A stretch of 62,986 nucleotides of DNA, counting the filler, from Reticulomyxa filosa (lineage: Eukaryota > Protista > Foraminifera), in the NCBI GenBank assembly GCA_000512085.1. It is 28 parts of 28 records of this genome, joined end to end, with 100 filler letters (N's around TTAATTAATTAA, not from the genome) between each part and the next. Parts side by side here need not be neighbours in the genome. Positions count along the whole stretch, not along the records: positions 23,461 to 25,191 come from ASPP01006667.1; positions 25,292 to 26,940 come from ASPP01028707.1; positions 27,041 to 28,721 come from ASPP01022200.1; positions 28,822 to 30,171 come from ASPP01034496.1; positions 30,272 to 33,077 come from ASPP01025902.1; positions 33,178 to 34,617 come from ASPP01009110.1; positions 34,718 to 36,131 come from ASPP01021599.1; positions 36,232 to 39,424 come from ASPP01026218.1; 20 more parts are not named here. One strand, 5' to 3'. Position 1 is the first letter of the stretch; each line of letters begins with the position of its first letter. The position numbers were made by a program, and so were the translations under genes. The notes beneath the pieces are model-generated. The model saw only the letters and a list, made by a program, of their open reading frames with translations. It did not search any database and was not told the origin of the DNA. Shown one piece after another: positions 25,045 to 38,628 of this stretch.

Positions 25045-27040
25045 GTTAAAAAAAAAAAATAAAAAATAAAAAATAAGTAATAAAATTATCACACACACAC
25101 ACGTTTATGTTTTATTATACGTACAAAACATCCCTCCTCACTTTGTCATATACATATATAAATATATATATATATATATATTTATATATGTNNNNNNNNN
25201 NNNNNNNNNNNNNNNNNNNNNNNNNNNNNNNNNNNTTAATTAATTAANNNNNNNNNNNNNNNNNNNNNNNNNNNNNNNNNNNNNNNNNNNNGAAAAAAAA
25301 AAACACGTGATAATATCGCTCAAAATGGAAACGACATCGATATGCGACTGGAATTGGTCGAAGAACTGGAAGACAAACAAAAAGAGGACGCGGACGTTGT
25401 ACAAAATAAATAATCACACATGTGACTATCCCTTCCGATATCGTGGCTCAATTTGGTGGATGAGTTTTGCGAAACTCAAGCCAAACATTCGCCAGTAAAC
25501 AAGAAGATGAAGACAGGAGGAGGATGATGAATAGAAAGAAGATTCCGAGAATACCGTGCTGGATTTGTCTTTTTTTTTAAAAAAAAAAAAAGACAGTCTA
25601 TCGACTTTACTTTCGTTATGAAATGGCTCTTCACTCGCGAGTGGTGGCTTTGCGCACTCTTGTGCATGGGATAATTTCACATAGCGCACCCCCAATGGAA
25701 GCTTCTTGACAGGTGTGACAATCTCAAGTGCAGCGTCAGTGATGCTTGTAATGACGATGACGACGAAGCGCAGTCCAAACCCTCGTTTACTCATTTGTCA
25801 ATTGTTTGAACACATTGGACTTGTGTTGCCCGACAATATTTGAGCGTCAATACTATACTCTACGATTTGATTTGGTGTGCACGGAAAAGCTAATATTGCT
25901 TGTTACAAAAAGCAACAACGTCATGCCAGTCGATAATTGTCTCGACGATTCAAAAAGTCGCTCCATTATTTGTCAAATCAAGACAAAAGCTTGGATATTG
26001 GCAATGTGTTGGCCCTGCTGAATGGATACGTGAACAACATCTTATGTTAGCAGCGAGCTCAGACGTCGTCGCTATGGCAATGAATTATTTGGTTACCAAA
26101 AATCGAATCACTGGGATTCGAAAATTGGAAGGGTCTACCATTGGCAAAACCGCCACTCAAAAAAATGGTAGCTCTAGGGGATGAGCCTTTTCAATGATAC
26201 CAATTTCCTCCCAAATCAGTCAGCCGTCTTAAAATAACGTAATACTCGATCAGAACAGTGGTTATTGAAATCGAATCATACATTCGCAAGACCTCAAGGA
26301 GTTGCTGTTATTTTGGTTGATCGTTTGTGCGTCTGTCCTCTTTCCAGTCATCTGACGCTATAATTCGTGTTTGGTCCATTGCTTGAAAAAGTTTTTTATA
26401 TGCTTTTTTTTTTTTTTTATGTACATATTCAATAACTAACAGCAACACAATATCTTTATACGTATATTGATTGTTTATTTGTATGTATGTGATATGCGTT
26501 ACTTGAAATTTTTTAATAGATATTTCAAGGTGTATCAATGAAGCATTTGGATGGATGGACACATTTTTGCTGTTTATATTGTTATTGGCGCTGCAGCGTG
26601 TTCCTAGCGATAATGGCAATTGTGACAGCAACGGCAGCAGTAACAATATCGATGGTTGCAGTAGATGAAAGTAACATTGGCAACCTCATGGTCGAATTGT
26701 TGCTGATGGAAACTAATAAGTCATCGAATCATAAAAGCCGCACTACAACACACGCACATGTCATTTCTTCAATAAAATTTACTTGTTCATCATTGAACAA
26801 ATATCGGCTTCAGTGACAGTGTGCATCATATATGGATCATGTTATTCGTTTTAAACGACGTACAATTTGGGAAAAAATTGGAGGTCCATATCGTGTAATG
26901 TGACCCATGATGGATTGAAAGTGTGAGCTGATGATTATGGNNNNNNNNNNNNNNNNNNNNNNNNNNNNNNNNNNNNNNNNNNNNTTAATTAATTAANNNN
27001 NNNNNNNNNNNNNNNNNNNNNNNNNNNNNNNNNNNNNNNN

Positions 27041-27900
27041 CATGAAGAAGTATGTCGTATTTTAACAAAAGAACAACTCAATCCAAAATATTCAATAATG
27101 ATACCATTTATGGCTGGAATATTATATGGTAATATCGAAAACGAAAAAGATTCTTCAGGATCTGGTTTATTATATTTTTGGAAACAATTACAATCTTTAC
27201 CACTTCAAATGATTCCAATTCATCAAATAATGTTACATATACGTTGTTTGGATGCTTGCAAAGCAGACACAGAAAGTAAATTTCTTTCACGCCAACTAAA
27301 AAATAATCATAAAACGCTCATTGGCTCATTTAAAGAATGGCTCAAAGCGTGGGCAGCTCCTGACAAAGTCACTCATTTGAGGCGCAAGCGAATTGTGGAC
27401 AGACCATTGGATAAGATTATGAGAATGTATTTACCCAATTTGCAGTATGTTCTTGTTCATCCAGATATTCACTCGTATGTTACAGATTATTTTAAGGATT
27501 GTAAATGCAGAATATCAGAAACACAGAAAAATGGTAATCGATTTGATGGAAACAAGAGAGCATTAATAAAGCATATATTTAATGTGCTACCGTACTTGTG
27601 TGTTTCTACAGAAACTTCACGTATGCTTGTGGAATGTCTTAGATATGAATTTATTGATATCATATGTAAAGAATCGCATGGAATGATATCAATGAAATTG
27701 AAAGAAGATCAGTTAAATGAAGTATTGACATCTTTATTGAATGGACTTGTGTAAAAATGATGAATATGCAAATAACACAAATATCAAGTCACTTGAAGAA
27801 ATGGTGGCAAACTTAAATAAAGAAAAATTGACATCGAATATGAAACGTTCGTTGATTGATCATATTTAATGGCCCCTGAGGTAAGGATCAAAGTTGTAAA
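27041..27900 (+). pseudogene. Fragment of a probable NACHT-associated helical / HEAT-repeat protein, truncated or decayed
   Basis: Open from the contig edge to 27754 (NPKYSIMIPFMAGIL...GLLYFW...CLDACKAD...QLNEVLTSLLNGL), then stops. Family assignment is from recalled resemblance only. Confidence 0.45.
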
Positions 27901-28929
27901 TGAACTTTCAAAGCTCGTTGTCGCAACTTTAATGAAAATATATAGTTTCTACTGAAATATAAGAACAAATTCTATAAATTTTTTTTCAAGACTTTTACTT
28001 CTATTTCATTTGTGACAGTTATAAATTTTTGTTTATTTGAACGGTAACATTACTTATTTTGGTCAATGTACTTTAACTTGCTTGTTTGCATTTTGGGGAT
28101 ACATCAAGCGCGCAAAATCATTGAAGTGTGAAGATGGAGCATGTAGTAATCTGACATATCACGCCATCTCATGCAAAAGCTTAAAAAAATGTGCAATTTT
28201 AACAACTGCCGCTAACAAAATCATTACGATCTATCCGTGAACGCTATTTTAATCAAGTTGGGTTCAACAAAAAAACTACAATGAAAACAAAAAACATTTC
28301 TTTTGGAACAACGATCAACAAAATGGAAAGAGGTTCTACAAAACACCATCAGTAAGAAAAAGAAAGAAAAACTGCAAGCCGCATACTGAAACGTCGTATT
28401 ATTTCTTTGTTCAACAATGTTAAATTTTTCAATTTGTGCAAGCTCATCAAAAAAAATAAACAATTAGATCGGGGCAGATGAAAGAGAAAGAAAAAGCCCA
28501 CAACAAACAACGCATCATAGAAAAAAACAATGAAGGGAAAAATGCACATGGAATAAACATGCCTGCTTTGAACTAGTTTTTGAAGAAATTCTTGCAACAA
28601 TGGAACGGTAAAAGATATTGTAATGTTCAATAAACAAAGCAAACAAAAAGCAAAAAGAGGAAAAATTATGTTTGCAGCTATGTTTTCGTTACTCGGGGTT
28701 TCCTCTTATTTTTTTTTTTTTNNNNNNNNNNNNNNNNNNNNNNNNNNNNNNNNNNNNNNNNNNNNTTAATTAATTAANNNNNNNNNNNNNNNNNNNNNNN
28801 NNNNNNNNNNNNNNNNNNNNNCTGGCCCACGAGCGAGTGAGTAGACTCTTGCAATGTGCACCCGATGATATAACATTTACAAGTGACAGGAGTGATGATC
28901 TCAATCACGTCATCCAAACAGTGATGAAA

Positions 28930-29950
28930 AAGGCCCCCTTCGGGACGCGCATCATAACCACATCGCTGGAGCACTAAGCTGTATTGCGCGTTTGCGAGCA
29001 CCTTCACAAGAACTACAGCAATGAAGTAATTTACCTCGAATGACAAATTCGGAAGGGTTCATCCAGAAACGTTGGCAAAGCACTTAACACCAAAGCTAAT
29101 AAAAAAAAAGCAATCATAATAATACGATCATTTTTTTTAATAAAAAAAAGACAGTGTTAGTATGTGTAATACATTCGAACAACAAAGTGGGTACAATAAA
29201 TCCGATTTGCGAACTGGTGGAAGTGACGAAACGGTATGATAAGAAGATTGTGTTTGTGACGGACGCTACGCAATCGATTGGCAAAGTGCGCGTGCATTCG
29301 CACGAATCGGGGGTCGACTTTTTGACCATTAGGGGCCACAAGTTATACGCATCAAAGGGGATTGGTGCTTTGTTCATTAAAAAAGGGGTCCAGTTGCAGC
29401 CGTTCATGCATGGAGCTGTGCAAGAAAGTGGATTTCGTGCTAGCACCGAAAACGTACCTTAAATTGTCGGTTTGGGTACTGCTCATTTGGTCAAACAAAT
29501 TTTTTTTTTTTTGATTATTGACACCCCCTTTTTTTTTAAATTTTTTTTTAAAAAAAAGAAATTTAGAAAACAATTGCAGAGATGATTGGAAAAAGTGGTG
29601 TAAACTAATCAATAGTGGTATTTTACAGCGCATGCCAAAGGAGTACCATAAATATGTCTATCTCAATGGCATCCACGCAAAAGTTGCCGAATACGTTGTC
29701 GATTAGCTTTGAAGGGTTAAAGAGAAGTGATCTCGTACTCTCGTTGGGTGATCAGATGTGAGTGAGTACTGGCGCTGCTTGCCACTCGGATCATGTACAG
29801 CTATCCCATGTCTTGTCTGCAATGAATATCTCTCGCTCGGTTGGCATGGGCACACTACGCATTAGTGTCGGCTGCTTCAATACTCTGTCTCAGGTACAAC
29901 AGACTGCTAACACGATTGGACATTTAATTACTCGGTTGTATCAACAATCA
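28930..29950 (+). pseudogene. Group I NifS cysteine desulfurase / selenocysteine lyase-like, disrupted
   Basis: IITTSLEH*AV, HSNNKVGTINP, TDATQSIGK, GHKLY (PLP lysine), RASTENVP*, LPNTLSISF, VSTGAACHS, TLRISVG; at least three in-frame stops plus indels. Confidence 0.85.
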
Positions 29951-31231
29951 TCTCATCTTAGACTTGACACAAATGCTTCAGGCTCAAATTCAAATTATAG
30001 TCATTGGTTCCTCTTTTTTTTTTTCTTTAATACTCACTAATTACTACAATCCAATTTAATTCCTAAAACATTCATATTTAGACTCTAGTCAATTCTTCTT
30101 TTTTTACACGGTAAACTCTTTACTATATTCAAGCGACATTTATTGATCAACTTGTATTTCAATGCAATACANNNNNNNNNNNNNNNNNNNNNNNNNNNNN
30201 NNNNNNNNNNNNNNNTTAATTAATTAANNNNNNNNNNNNNNNNNNNNNNNNNNNNNNNNNNNNNNNNNNNNCTTCAACTTCGGCTCATCTTCTGCTTTCT
30301 CTTCTTCTGTCTCCGTTTCATTCTCTAAATCGCCAGTACCCCTTTCCAACTCTTACCAGCCCAAACAATATCTCCCTGCCCAGCGAAAGCGACATGATCA
30401 TGGCGCCAAACGCTGTACAAACAATTTCCATGTAAAACCAAAAAATTTCTTTTTATCTCTTACTGAATCTTTTGTGACTTCATTCTTTTCTTTTGGTAAA
30501 CGTACTAGTTTATATTTTTTTAATGTTAAATATGCGCTTTTCGTGAATAGCTATTAGTGCAAGTTAAAATGCTAAATGAATTTTACAGTTCAAGTGATAA
30601 TGCTTTTTATTATTTATTTTTGAAAATTAATACTCTTTTGAATAATTTGATGTTGCACTTGTTATTTTTTAAAAGTTATGAGTACTATTAATTGTCATTT
30701 TAGAACATAGTTTTTTTAGGAAATGTATGCACCAAATGAATTAGAAAATCCAATATTATCTGAATCATATAATAAAAATTTTTAATGTTTTTTTTTGATG
30801 ATTATCAACAATTCATCAATTACTTTGCAAAATCTTTCGTTGTTCTTTTGCTTGATCAAAAAAAATGAATGCAATTACAAAATAAGATAAAAAAATAATT
30901 GATATTTGAATTTCTTTTTCAAAATTGTTACACATTCTATTTTATTTAGATAGTTGGGTCGACACATTCACACAGAAATATTAAAATAGTTTTAAAAAAC
31001 ACTTTTAAAAAGTTATTTATTATATAAGTATTTTGTCGTTGCCTTTTATTTTTGGCCCTTTTTTCTTGAAGACTATAAAACTCTTTTCTTTGGAACAAGG
31101 CTAGTTCTTAGTCACCGATATTAGTATGGATTTGGGGCATTTACACTGCTTTGGCATTATCTGGAGACTATCTCACCAGCATGCACAATAACGAATAGGT
31201 GGCCTAAGTCACGCAGGAACATGCGATCACA

Positions 31232-31730
31232 TTGAAACGAATCTACTTCTTGTTCCTCCAAAACACATTCACCACGGATGTCGAAAAGCTGCTCCTCGCT
31301 ATTGCCAAAACATACGTCGGACATTGTGCAATCTTCCATCAGGTCCACGACGCTGCTATACACGTCCTAAGCACACATCGCACTTTGAGAAACTTTCGAC
31401 TGGCCTTGGAACAGATCTTCATCTTCTTCGTCAGATGTGCTCTGTCAAGACAGTTCCGACAAACAGTCCCTCCAGGCCACTTTGCTTATCTTGCAATCTC
31501 AAACTCATTGCCACTGTTATTTATGTATAAAGTGTATACATATATGTTTGTGTATATGGTTAGTTGGTATGTGCCAGCGCAAAGACGTCTGCATTTTCTC
31601 AACACATTGCTACAATGCTGGCGACACAAAGATACCAAAGTACGAGATTGCGTCTATAATGCGTTCATGTCATACTGTGTGCAATTGTCATTCGACATGA
31701 TCCATCTGCCATTAGACAAACTTCAAGACA
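31232..31730 (+). CDS. Hypothetical helical protein exons, possibly decayed
   Basis: GC-richer open frame interrupted by an AT-rich intron-like stretch (~31500-31563); no clear domain. Confidence 0.3.
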
Positions 31731-33211
31731 GTTACTTATATTTTCTTGTAGAAGAAAAGCTGAAAAAAATAATAAAATAAAATTAAGAAACTAGTAAATA
31801 CGAAGTCATCAAGCGATGAAACTTATAAGTCAAGAGCTCGATATTTCGTCCCAAGAGTTTGTGGAAATTGCCAAATGTGGCAGAGACTCCAATGTGAAAC
31901 GAAAAAATAATGATGATGTGAGCAAGAAACTGAAAGCGATCTCAAGCGAAAAAAGGTGTTGAATTGGAAATTGCAGCGATTCAAAAACAAATGAAGGAGG
32001 TCAATATTCTAAAGCTACAAAAGGACATTAGCGATTTGATTTTGAAGAGACTCAGTGAAATCAACACTGAACAATCATGTCTATTCTTAAAGATCGCAAT
32101 CTCCCCATTTACAAACAATTGTTATTAGCTTTTCTCCAGCTAAATTTGTTACATATACTTTTTGAATTGATTAAAGGATAATCTCCATCAGGCTCCACGT
32201 CCCCAGATGCTATAGAAAGGTTCTGCAAGCAATCACTGATTTTCTGACTTAGCATTTGTTTAATTTGGTGTCTGTTGGTTTACTTGGTATTATCTGAAGC
32301 CGGACGGCTGAAGAGCATCTGTTTACAGACCATGTCGATCAAACAAAAAAGTAACTATGATTATCTTCATTTGCTTTTGATAGAACATCAACAATAGTGG
32401 TAGCAATAGCAATAAAAGAATGCAATTTGGTATGATGTTTTGTAGACATTGTTAATATTGTTTCACGGGCAAAGATCTTGGCACAACCGTAGCAGAGATA
32501 AAGACAAAACACATTATGATAAGATAGTTGTTACCAGGTGGATATGCCAAAGTACTACTGTTGTCATCAGTTAATATCTCCAATATGTAAATGCAGGATT
32601 TTCGTTGTTGAGTTTGGAAACGGATGTTCGCAAACTCATAATAGCATATACAAAAAAATATAGTCAACAACTACGATAACTTATACTAAGTTTTTAATTG
32701 AACAGGTAAAAATATAAATAAGTCTATCACCACAAAAAAACATAAATATGTATCAGTGTAACAAGCAAACAAAAAAATTAACATTATATGAACAATCAAC
32801 ATTATGTAATATAAAGTATTATATTGTCTGATTAATTGTTATTTATATTATTCAATTATTTCTTCGTACTCATTTTCTATTTGAACAATATCTACGTGTT
32901 TGGTTCCAATACAGAATTATTAAATTAACAAAAGTTTCTAAGCGTTAAACAAATAACTTTAAAAGAATTATCAAGCAATTGTCCCCAATTGTTGTTTTAA
33001 ATGTGCAATCTTTTTATCTTTTTGCCTTTCAATTGCAAGTATTTTTTTTCCGAATTTAATTTCCAAATTTCTTCATANNNNNNNNNNNNNNNNNNNNNNN
33101 NNNNNNNNNNNNNNNNNNNNNTTAATTAATTAANNNNNNNNNNNNNNNNNNNNNNNNNNNNNNNNNNNNNNNNNNNNCCCCCCTTTTTTTTTTCTCCCAA
33201 TTTTTTTATTG

Positions 33212-33861
33212 TCACCTTTTTGTCAAAACTGATATGTTGTCCCACACTTGCTGCAATTTATCGGTTGCACCTTCTTGATTATTATTATTATTGATATTGC
33301 TGTTATTATTGTTTGCATTGCCGTTGTCCCCGGGCCCATCTTTCACATCCACGTTCCATGTCACTTTGTTGCCTGTCTTCGCTGGTGGCAAGTCCGGCAC
33401 TTCCTCTGCCTCTTCTTCTGATTCTATGTACTCTTCCGATTCCCCTTTTTTTACCTCATGCGTTTCATTCACTTCTGTCGCCTTTGCTTCTTTGTTCGTA
33501 GAGTCAGCGTCAGTTGTGTTGTCATCTTTTTTTTTAATATAACATCTGATGAACTGGAATCGATCCTCTTCCACACACCTCCCCCCCCCCTCAAACAAAC
33601 AAAAAAAGTCTGTCATGTAACTTTACCTGTGAAACTACCCTCTGGGGGCAATGGGGAATATTCTCTTCGATTTGAAATTATAGTGTTCACATCCGGTACT
33701 GATTGCTCTCCACGAGCACAAACCTGACCCATTCCAACTTTTATTTCAACTTTTTTAAATCCCTTCCCTCCGTTAAATCCCCTATCAAACACACAAAAAA
33801 AGATACTTAGTTGTATTTTTAATTCAATTGCATTAAACGAGATTACCAACACATTGCCCAT
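33212..33861 (-). CDS. Hypothetical protein, 5' exons (acidic / Asn-rich)
   Basis: ATG at 33861; coding-like blocks separated by GT-AG intron-like segments. Confidence 0.45.
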
Positions 33862-34443
33862 TGTTATGTTTATTCTCGAAGTTTTTTCAAGCTAGGAGAT
33901 TCAATCTTTGTGACTTATAATTAATTGATATTTTTTTTTTAAACAACTACGAGATGTGAAGTCAGGAAACAAAATTCAAGAATTGAAGGGATATTTAATT
34001 TCTAATGGAAACTAAATAACAAAAAAAAGTATGTAAGATTGAGCTTTTTTGCTCTTTTTTTTTGAAAAGTGTTTCAATCGTTTCATTTGAAGTATCTGTT
34101 GTGGGATTATCGTTAGTGTTTTTTATAACGTTGTAGTAAAGGTAATCTCACTGTTCTGTTTTCTTTTTTTGAAAGATTTGAAAGTTTATATGATTAACAC
34201 TACAACTTAAAAAATAGATTTATACGTTTTAAAGATTGGATGTGGTTATTTTATTGAAAAGAAGTGATGATTCTGCAGCATAACTCCATTTTTCATACGT
34301 GTTTCCCATTTTTCCTTGTCTTTTCATACATGACATTTATCCAATTTAATGTCACTGGATAAATTTGTATTTTTTTTGTTGTGCGTTTCAACAAAAATGA
34401 TCAATGATTTGGAAAAAAAAGAATATTTGATTTCCTGAATCTA

Positions 34444-34617
34444 CATTAGGTTGCAAAGAAAACTGAACGCATAAAACGATATACTATGATGATAATTGAT
34501 TTTCTCCATGAAAAATCAACATTTAGATCTAATCTTTTTTTAAAAAAATATCTACAAGTCTTGTAGTTTTTAAATATGATATTGATTTTTTAATAACTTT
34601 TTTTTTTGTTGGATGAA
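34444..34617. mobile_element. Tc1/mariner-type terminal inverted repeat, cut by contig end
   Basis: TA|CATTAGGTTGCAAAGAAAACT... aligns by eye with the TIR at 36624 (CATAAAAC, TTGATTTTCT, GTAGTTTTTAAATAT blocks). Confidence 0.7.
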
Positions 34618-34717
34618 NNNNNNNNNNNNNNNNNNNNNNNNNNNNNNNNNNNNNNNNNNNNTTAATTAATTAANNNNNNNNNNNNNNNNNNNNNNNNNNN
34701 NNNNNNNNNNNNNNNNN

Positions 34718-35068
34718 TATTTGTTTAATATCCAAAGATCAGAGTCTCCTGATTGTATTTGGTGTGAAGAAGAAGATACTGTCGAGCATTTCCTGATGGA
34801 ATGTTTGCGGTATCAAGAATTACGTCGCAGTTGGTATTGGGGATCGAGTGTGGAAACCAGATATTATGACCAAAGTTGTTAAGGCAGCAGCAAAGTTCGT
34901 GATCGATACTAAGAGGAAAATTTGGAGGATTTTTTTTCAAGCGAATTTCAATCTCAACAGATTAACTTTATTGTTTGTCTTTAACTGTTTTTGCATGGAC
35001 CTTTGGTCGTTGTAAGTTTGTGTCCAACACTTGACACGCCCCCACTGCTAACCATCTAAAAAAAAAAA
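34718..35068 (+). mobile_element. Non-LTR retrotransposon (LINE) 3' end, copy 1
   Basis: YLFNIQRSESPDCIWCEEEDTVEHFLMECLRYQELR (CCHC knuckle typical of LINE ORF2 C-termini); the 3' UTR ends GACACGCCCCCACTGCTAACCATCT-poly(A). Confidence 0.8.
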
Positions 35069-35249
35069 TGCCAACTTTTGGAAGCTTTTCTAGTTGACAC
35101 TTTTTATTTTTGCTTAGTTGGCTCAGTTGTCACTTAAAAGATCTTGATCTCGATATGCGTTTGATCTTTTTGAGATACTGAAGTATCTTGAAGTTTCATT
35201 TAGAACGTGTCAGATCGTCACGATGATCTGATATATATATTTTTTTTTG

Positions 35250-35998
35250 GATCTTGTTGCAAATAATGCTCGCAAGAAAGCGTTGCAATCGGATTTGAAT
35301 CAACAGCAGATCAGCGGCATTCTTGAATAATCACGGATTGAATTCCTATTTCACATAGCAATAAACATTTGATATGTGAAGGAGTATGTCACGATATTTC
35401 CTACCTAACCTGATGGAAGCACAATCATTTGAGAAGATTGTTATGCATTCATTGATATTTAGTGAACGCAAGATCATTTGTCGGTTGATCATTGGCAAAG
35501 TTGGATTGAATGATTCCTGATTGTATTTGGTGTGAAGAAGAAGTCGAGCATTTCCTGATGGAATGTTCGAGGTGTCAAGAATTACGTCGTAGTTGGTGGA
35601 CAAATATCCAAGAAATGCTTCCGAATATTAATGTAATGTCCCTGTCGATGAAATATTTCATTGTTGGTAACAGATCATGGAAACCAGACATTATGATCAA
35701 AATTATCAAGGCAGCAACCAAGTTCGTGATCGATACCAAGAGAAAGATTTGAATCAATTTCTTTAATTACTTTTGTGGACCTTTCTGGTCGTTGTAAGAT
35801 TTTGTGAGATTCTTTCTTTTGTTTTTTTTTGTTTTTCTTTTGAGTACTGTGTTCTATTTCTTAGAACAGGCGCTCTTTTAACTTGAAAGACCTGAGTTTG
35901 TGCAGGTAGAGAGGGCAAAATGAAGTGCAAGTTGAGGATGAAGCGAGAGAGTAGTCCGACGCCTGACACGCTCCACTGCAACTCATCTAAAAAAAAAA
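35250..35998 (+). mobile_element. Non-LTR retrotransposon (LINE) 3' end, copy 2, 5'-truncated
   Basis: ERKIICRLIIGKVGLN, then PDCIWCEEEVEHFLMEC...TKFVIDTKRKI*; ends GACACGCTCCACTGCAACTCATCT-poly(A), homologous to copy 1. Confidence 0.8.
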
Positions 35999-36623
35999 TG
36001 TTTGCATCTTGTGCACCCCTCCTTCTGCGAAATTGTGATTCTTTTGCTTTTCTCGACCAATCTGTTCTTTCCGTTCAATAACTTTCCAATCTTTGACATT
36101 ATTTTCTGGATGACAGGACATAAAATGGAGTNNNNNNNNNNNNNNNNNNNNNNNNNNNNNNNNNNNNNNNNNNNNTTAATTAATTAANNNNNNNNNNNNN
36201 NNNNNNNNNNNNNNNNNNNNNNNNNNNNNNNAAAAAAAGAGTTAGAAAAGTTATGAAAAACTTTGATGTGGAGGCATATTGGCGTCGAAAGCGCCAAAGA
36301 TTTGCGTGGATGCGAAAGCTAATCTACAAAAAGTATTATTATTGGTAGTACTATTGTGACGAAGTTATCGTCGGCGTGTGCAGCATTACCTCTATATTGT
36401 CTATCGTATTTACAATTGGAGTCAACTCAACAGTAGCGGTGCTAAGTATAAAAAGTGTGGGTAGTTGATGCAAATCAGCAAATTGCCCGCACATTGCAGA
36501 TGCTTCGGAGTGTACAAACAGCAAAAACTATACGAAATTGCGCATAGATGTTTGTTTATTGGTGCGCAAGTTGCGAAAGACTTATATATATCATGTGCAA
36601 TTTATTGTCACATATACATACTA

Positions 36624-37506
36624 CAGTAGAATTCAAATGAAGGTTGAAACATAAAACTGCACATTATATATATGATTGATTTTCTTCACGAAAAAATAAT
36701 ACATATAAATAATTTTTTAAAATATATAAGAATATTGTAGTTTTTAAATATATTTTAATTTTTTATTAAATATTTACTAATTATTTTAATATTTTGTACT
36801 TTATTTTTATTTTCTTTTTTTTTAGTTCAGTATAGTTCGACATTTGATATTTTTAATCATTTTGATTTTTTTGAAAATGATTAAAGGACTGCAAAAAGTA
36901 CAAATAATTGACATTAGATAATTGAAAAAAGTAATTTTCTGTGATGAAAGCAAAATTAATGTAAAGATTGATATAATGTGTCATAATTGTGATATATCAT
37001 TATAACAACTATAACAATTTAAATTAGAATTTGAAAGAATTGACAAAGAAATATGCACAAACTTAATAAAATCAATGTCAGATCGAATACTAGCATTATA
37101 CAAGGCAAAAATGATTTAATCAAATGATAATTTTCATTAAAAAAATCTTACAACAAAAAAAATTTTCAGTTATAAAGCTTTTGACTCAACTGGACTTGAT
37201 TGCACTGGACAAAAAAAGTCAAAAAAATAAACATATGAATTAAGCACTTTCTGAAAATGCTTAAAAAAAGTTATGATTACGACAGTCAAATTGTCAATTT
37301 TTTCTCGAAAATTTTCAAAAATCAATAAAATATTCAAATTTTTTAACAATTAGTAAAGATTTAATAAAAAATCAAAATGATATTCAAAAACTACACGATT
37401 CGTAGATATTTTTAAAAAATAAGTCTGGATGTTGTCTTTTCGTGAAGAAAATCAACATCTATATAATGTGCCGTTTTATGTGTCAACTTTACTTTGCATT
37501 ATACTG
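36624..37506 (+). mobile_element. Internally deleted Tc1/mariner DNA transposon (~190-bp TIRs, TA TSD)
   Basis: TA|CAGT...ACTG|TA ends; 36624-36810 is an imperfect reverse complement of ~37320-37506. Internal remnants KKVIFCDESKIN (first catalytic D) and ICTNLIKSMSDRILALYKAK. Confidence 0.88.
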
Positions 37507-37679
37507 TATTACGATTTTCACCTTAAATAAATATCTTATGCAAAATGTTAAAAGATAAAAATTTCCACAAAAAAATTTCAAAATGAATAAATGTAAAAAT
37601 GGAAATAAATTAAATTCGTTCAAAACAGCCTTTTATCAATGTGTTCGTCCTCAAACACGAATTAAACCTTTCTTTGAAT

Positions 37680-37950
37680 CGTCGCATTACAAATGGTGAA
37701 TATTCAACACATCACAGTACTTGAATGTACATTGAACACTTGAACCTGTTTACCATGAAATTTAGTGTGCTCATTTAGTGTTTGTAATTGCTTATTATGT
37801 TTGAAATCCAAAAACGAATGATTTTGTCCCATGATGAAGACAAATAACATTTTGAAGATGATTATGATAATTGTATGGTGAAAAATTCACACATTTAACA
37901 GATCTTGAATATCCATTGAATGATTGGATTTGTTTTTAAAAGATCCCACT
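37680..37950 (-). pseudogene. WD40-repeat family pseudogene fragment
   Basis: Similar at nucleotide level to 40740-40900 (QIQSFNG, KFSPY, ICLSSWDKIIRFW-like remnants); frame broken. Confidence 0.6.
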
Positions 37951-38628
37951 CTTGGAATAGAAAACAAAGCAATGTAAAGAGAAAGACAAAGATTATTGAA
38001 AGTTAATTTAAAATATAAAAAAGAAAATATTATCAAGTGCTAAAAGAGCATTGGACATACATGCAAAATTGAAAGAAAAATGTGTTAATTTGCAAATTAC
38101 TGGGCATCGTTTTAAGAGATACGTGCACATTGTGTCTAGCACAAAAAATAAGTATGGTATACAAGTCATAATTGACAAATTTATCAAAATTCTAATTGCT
38201 TGTTTTCTTCAAAAAGGAAACGATTAAATTACCAAAAATTTTATGTATTAAATGCGTTTATCTGATGTTATGTAGCTGCTTCAAAAAAAATATGACCTAT
38301 TGCGATCGTTGTATTTTCTCAATTCACACTTGAAAATTAAAAAATGTCCATGTTTTTGATTTTCATTTTTCAATAAAAACAATCGAAATAATTGGAAAAA
38401 GTTTCTGTTTCAAGACCGCAACAAATGCCTGCTGATCAAGTTGTGGAAAAACAAACACCCCCATAAAATCAATCTTCACTAGTTTTACGTAGATCAAAAC
38501 TTACGACAAATGGTCAGCCAAGGCGTGGAACAAAACCCAAACAAAAGCAAATCAAACAAAAACAAAACAAAACGGAAAAAAAAAAGCATTTTGAATTGTA
38601 TTGGCATTAAAGACGAAAAATTCCACAT

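Noticed and set aside
25292-26940. Coding-like GC-richer patches (also 16338-17653, 58344-58991 and a coiled-coil remnant at 60290-60830)
   Set aside because: All frames are interrupted and no family motif was recognised; probably decayed genes, but not supportable as calls.
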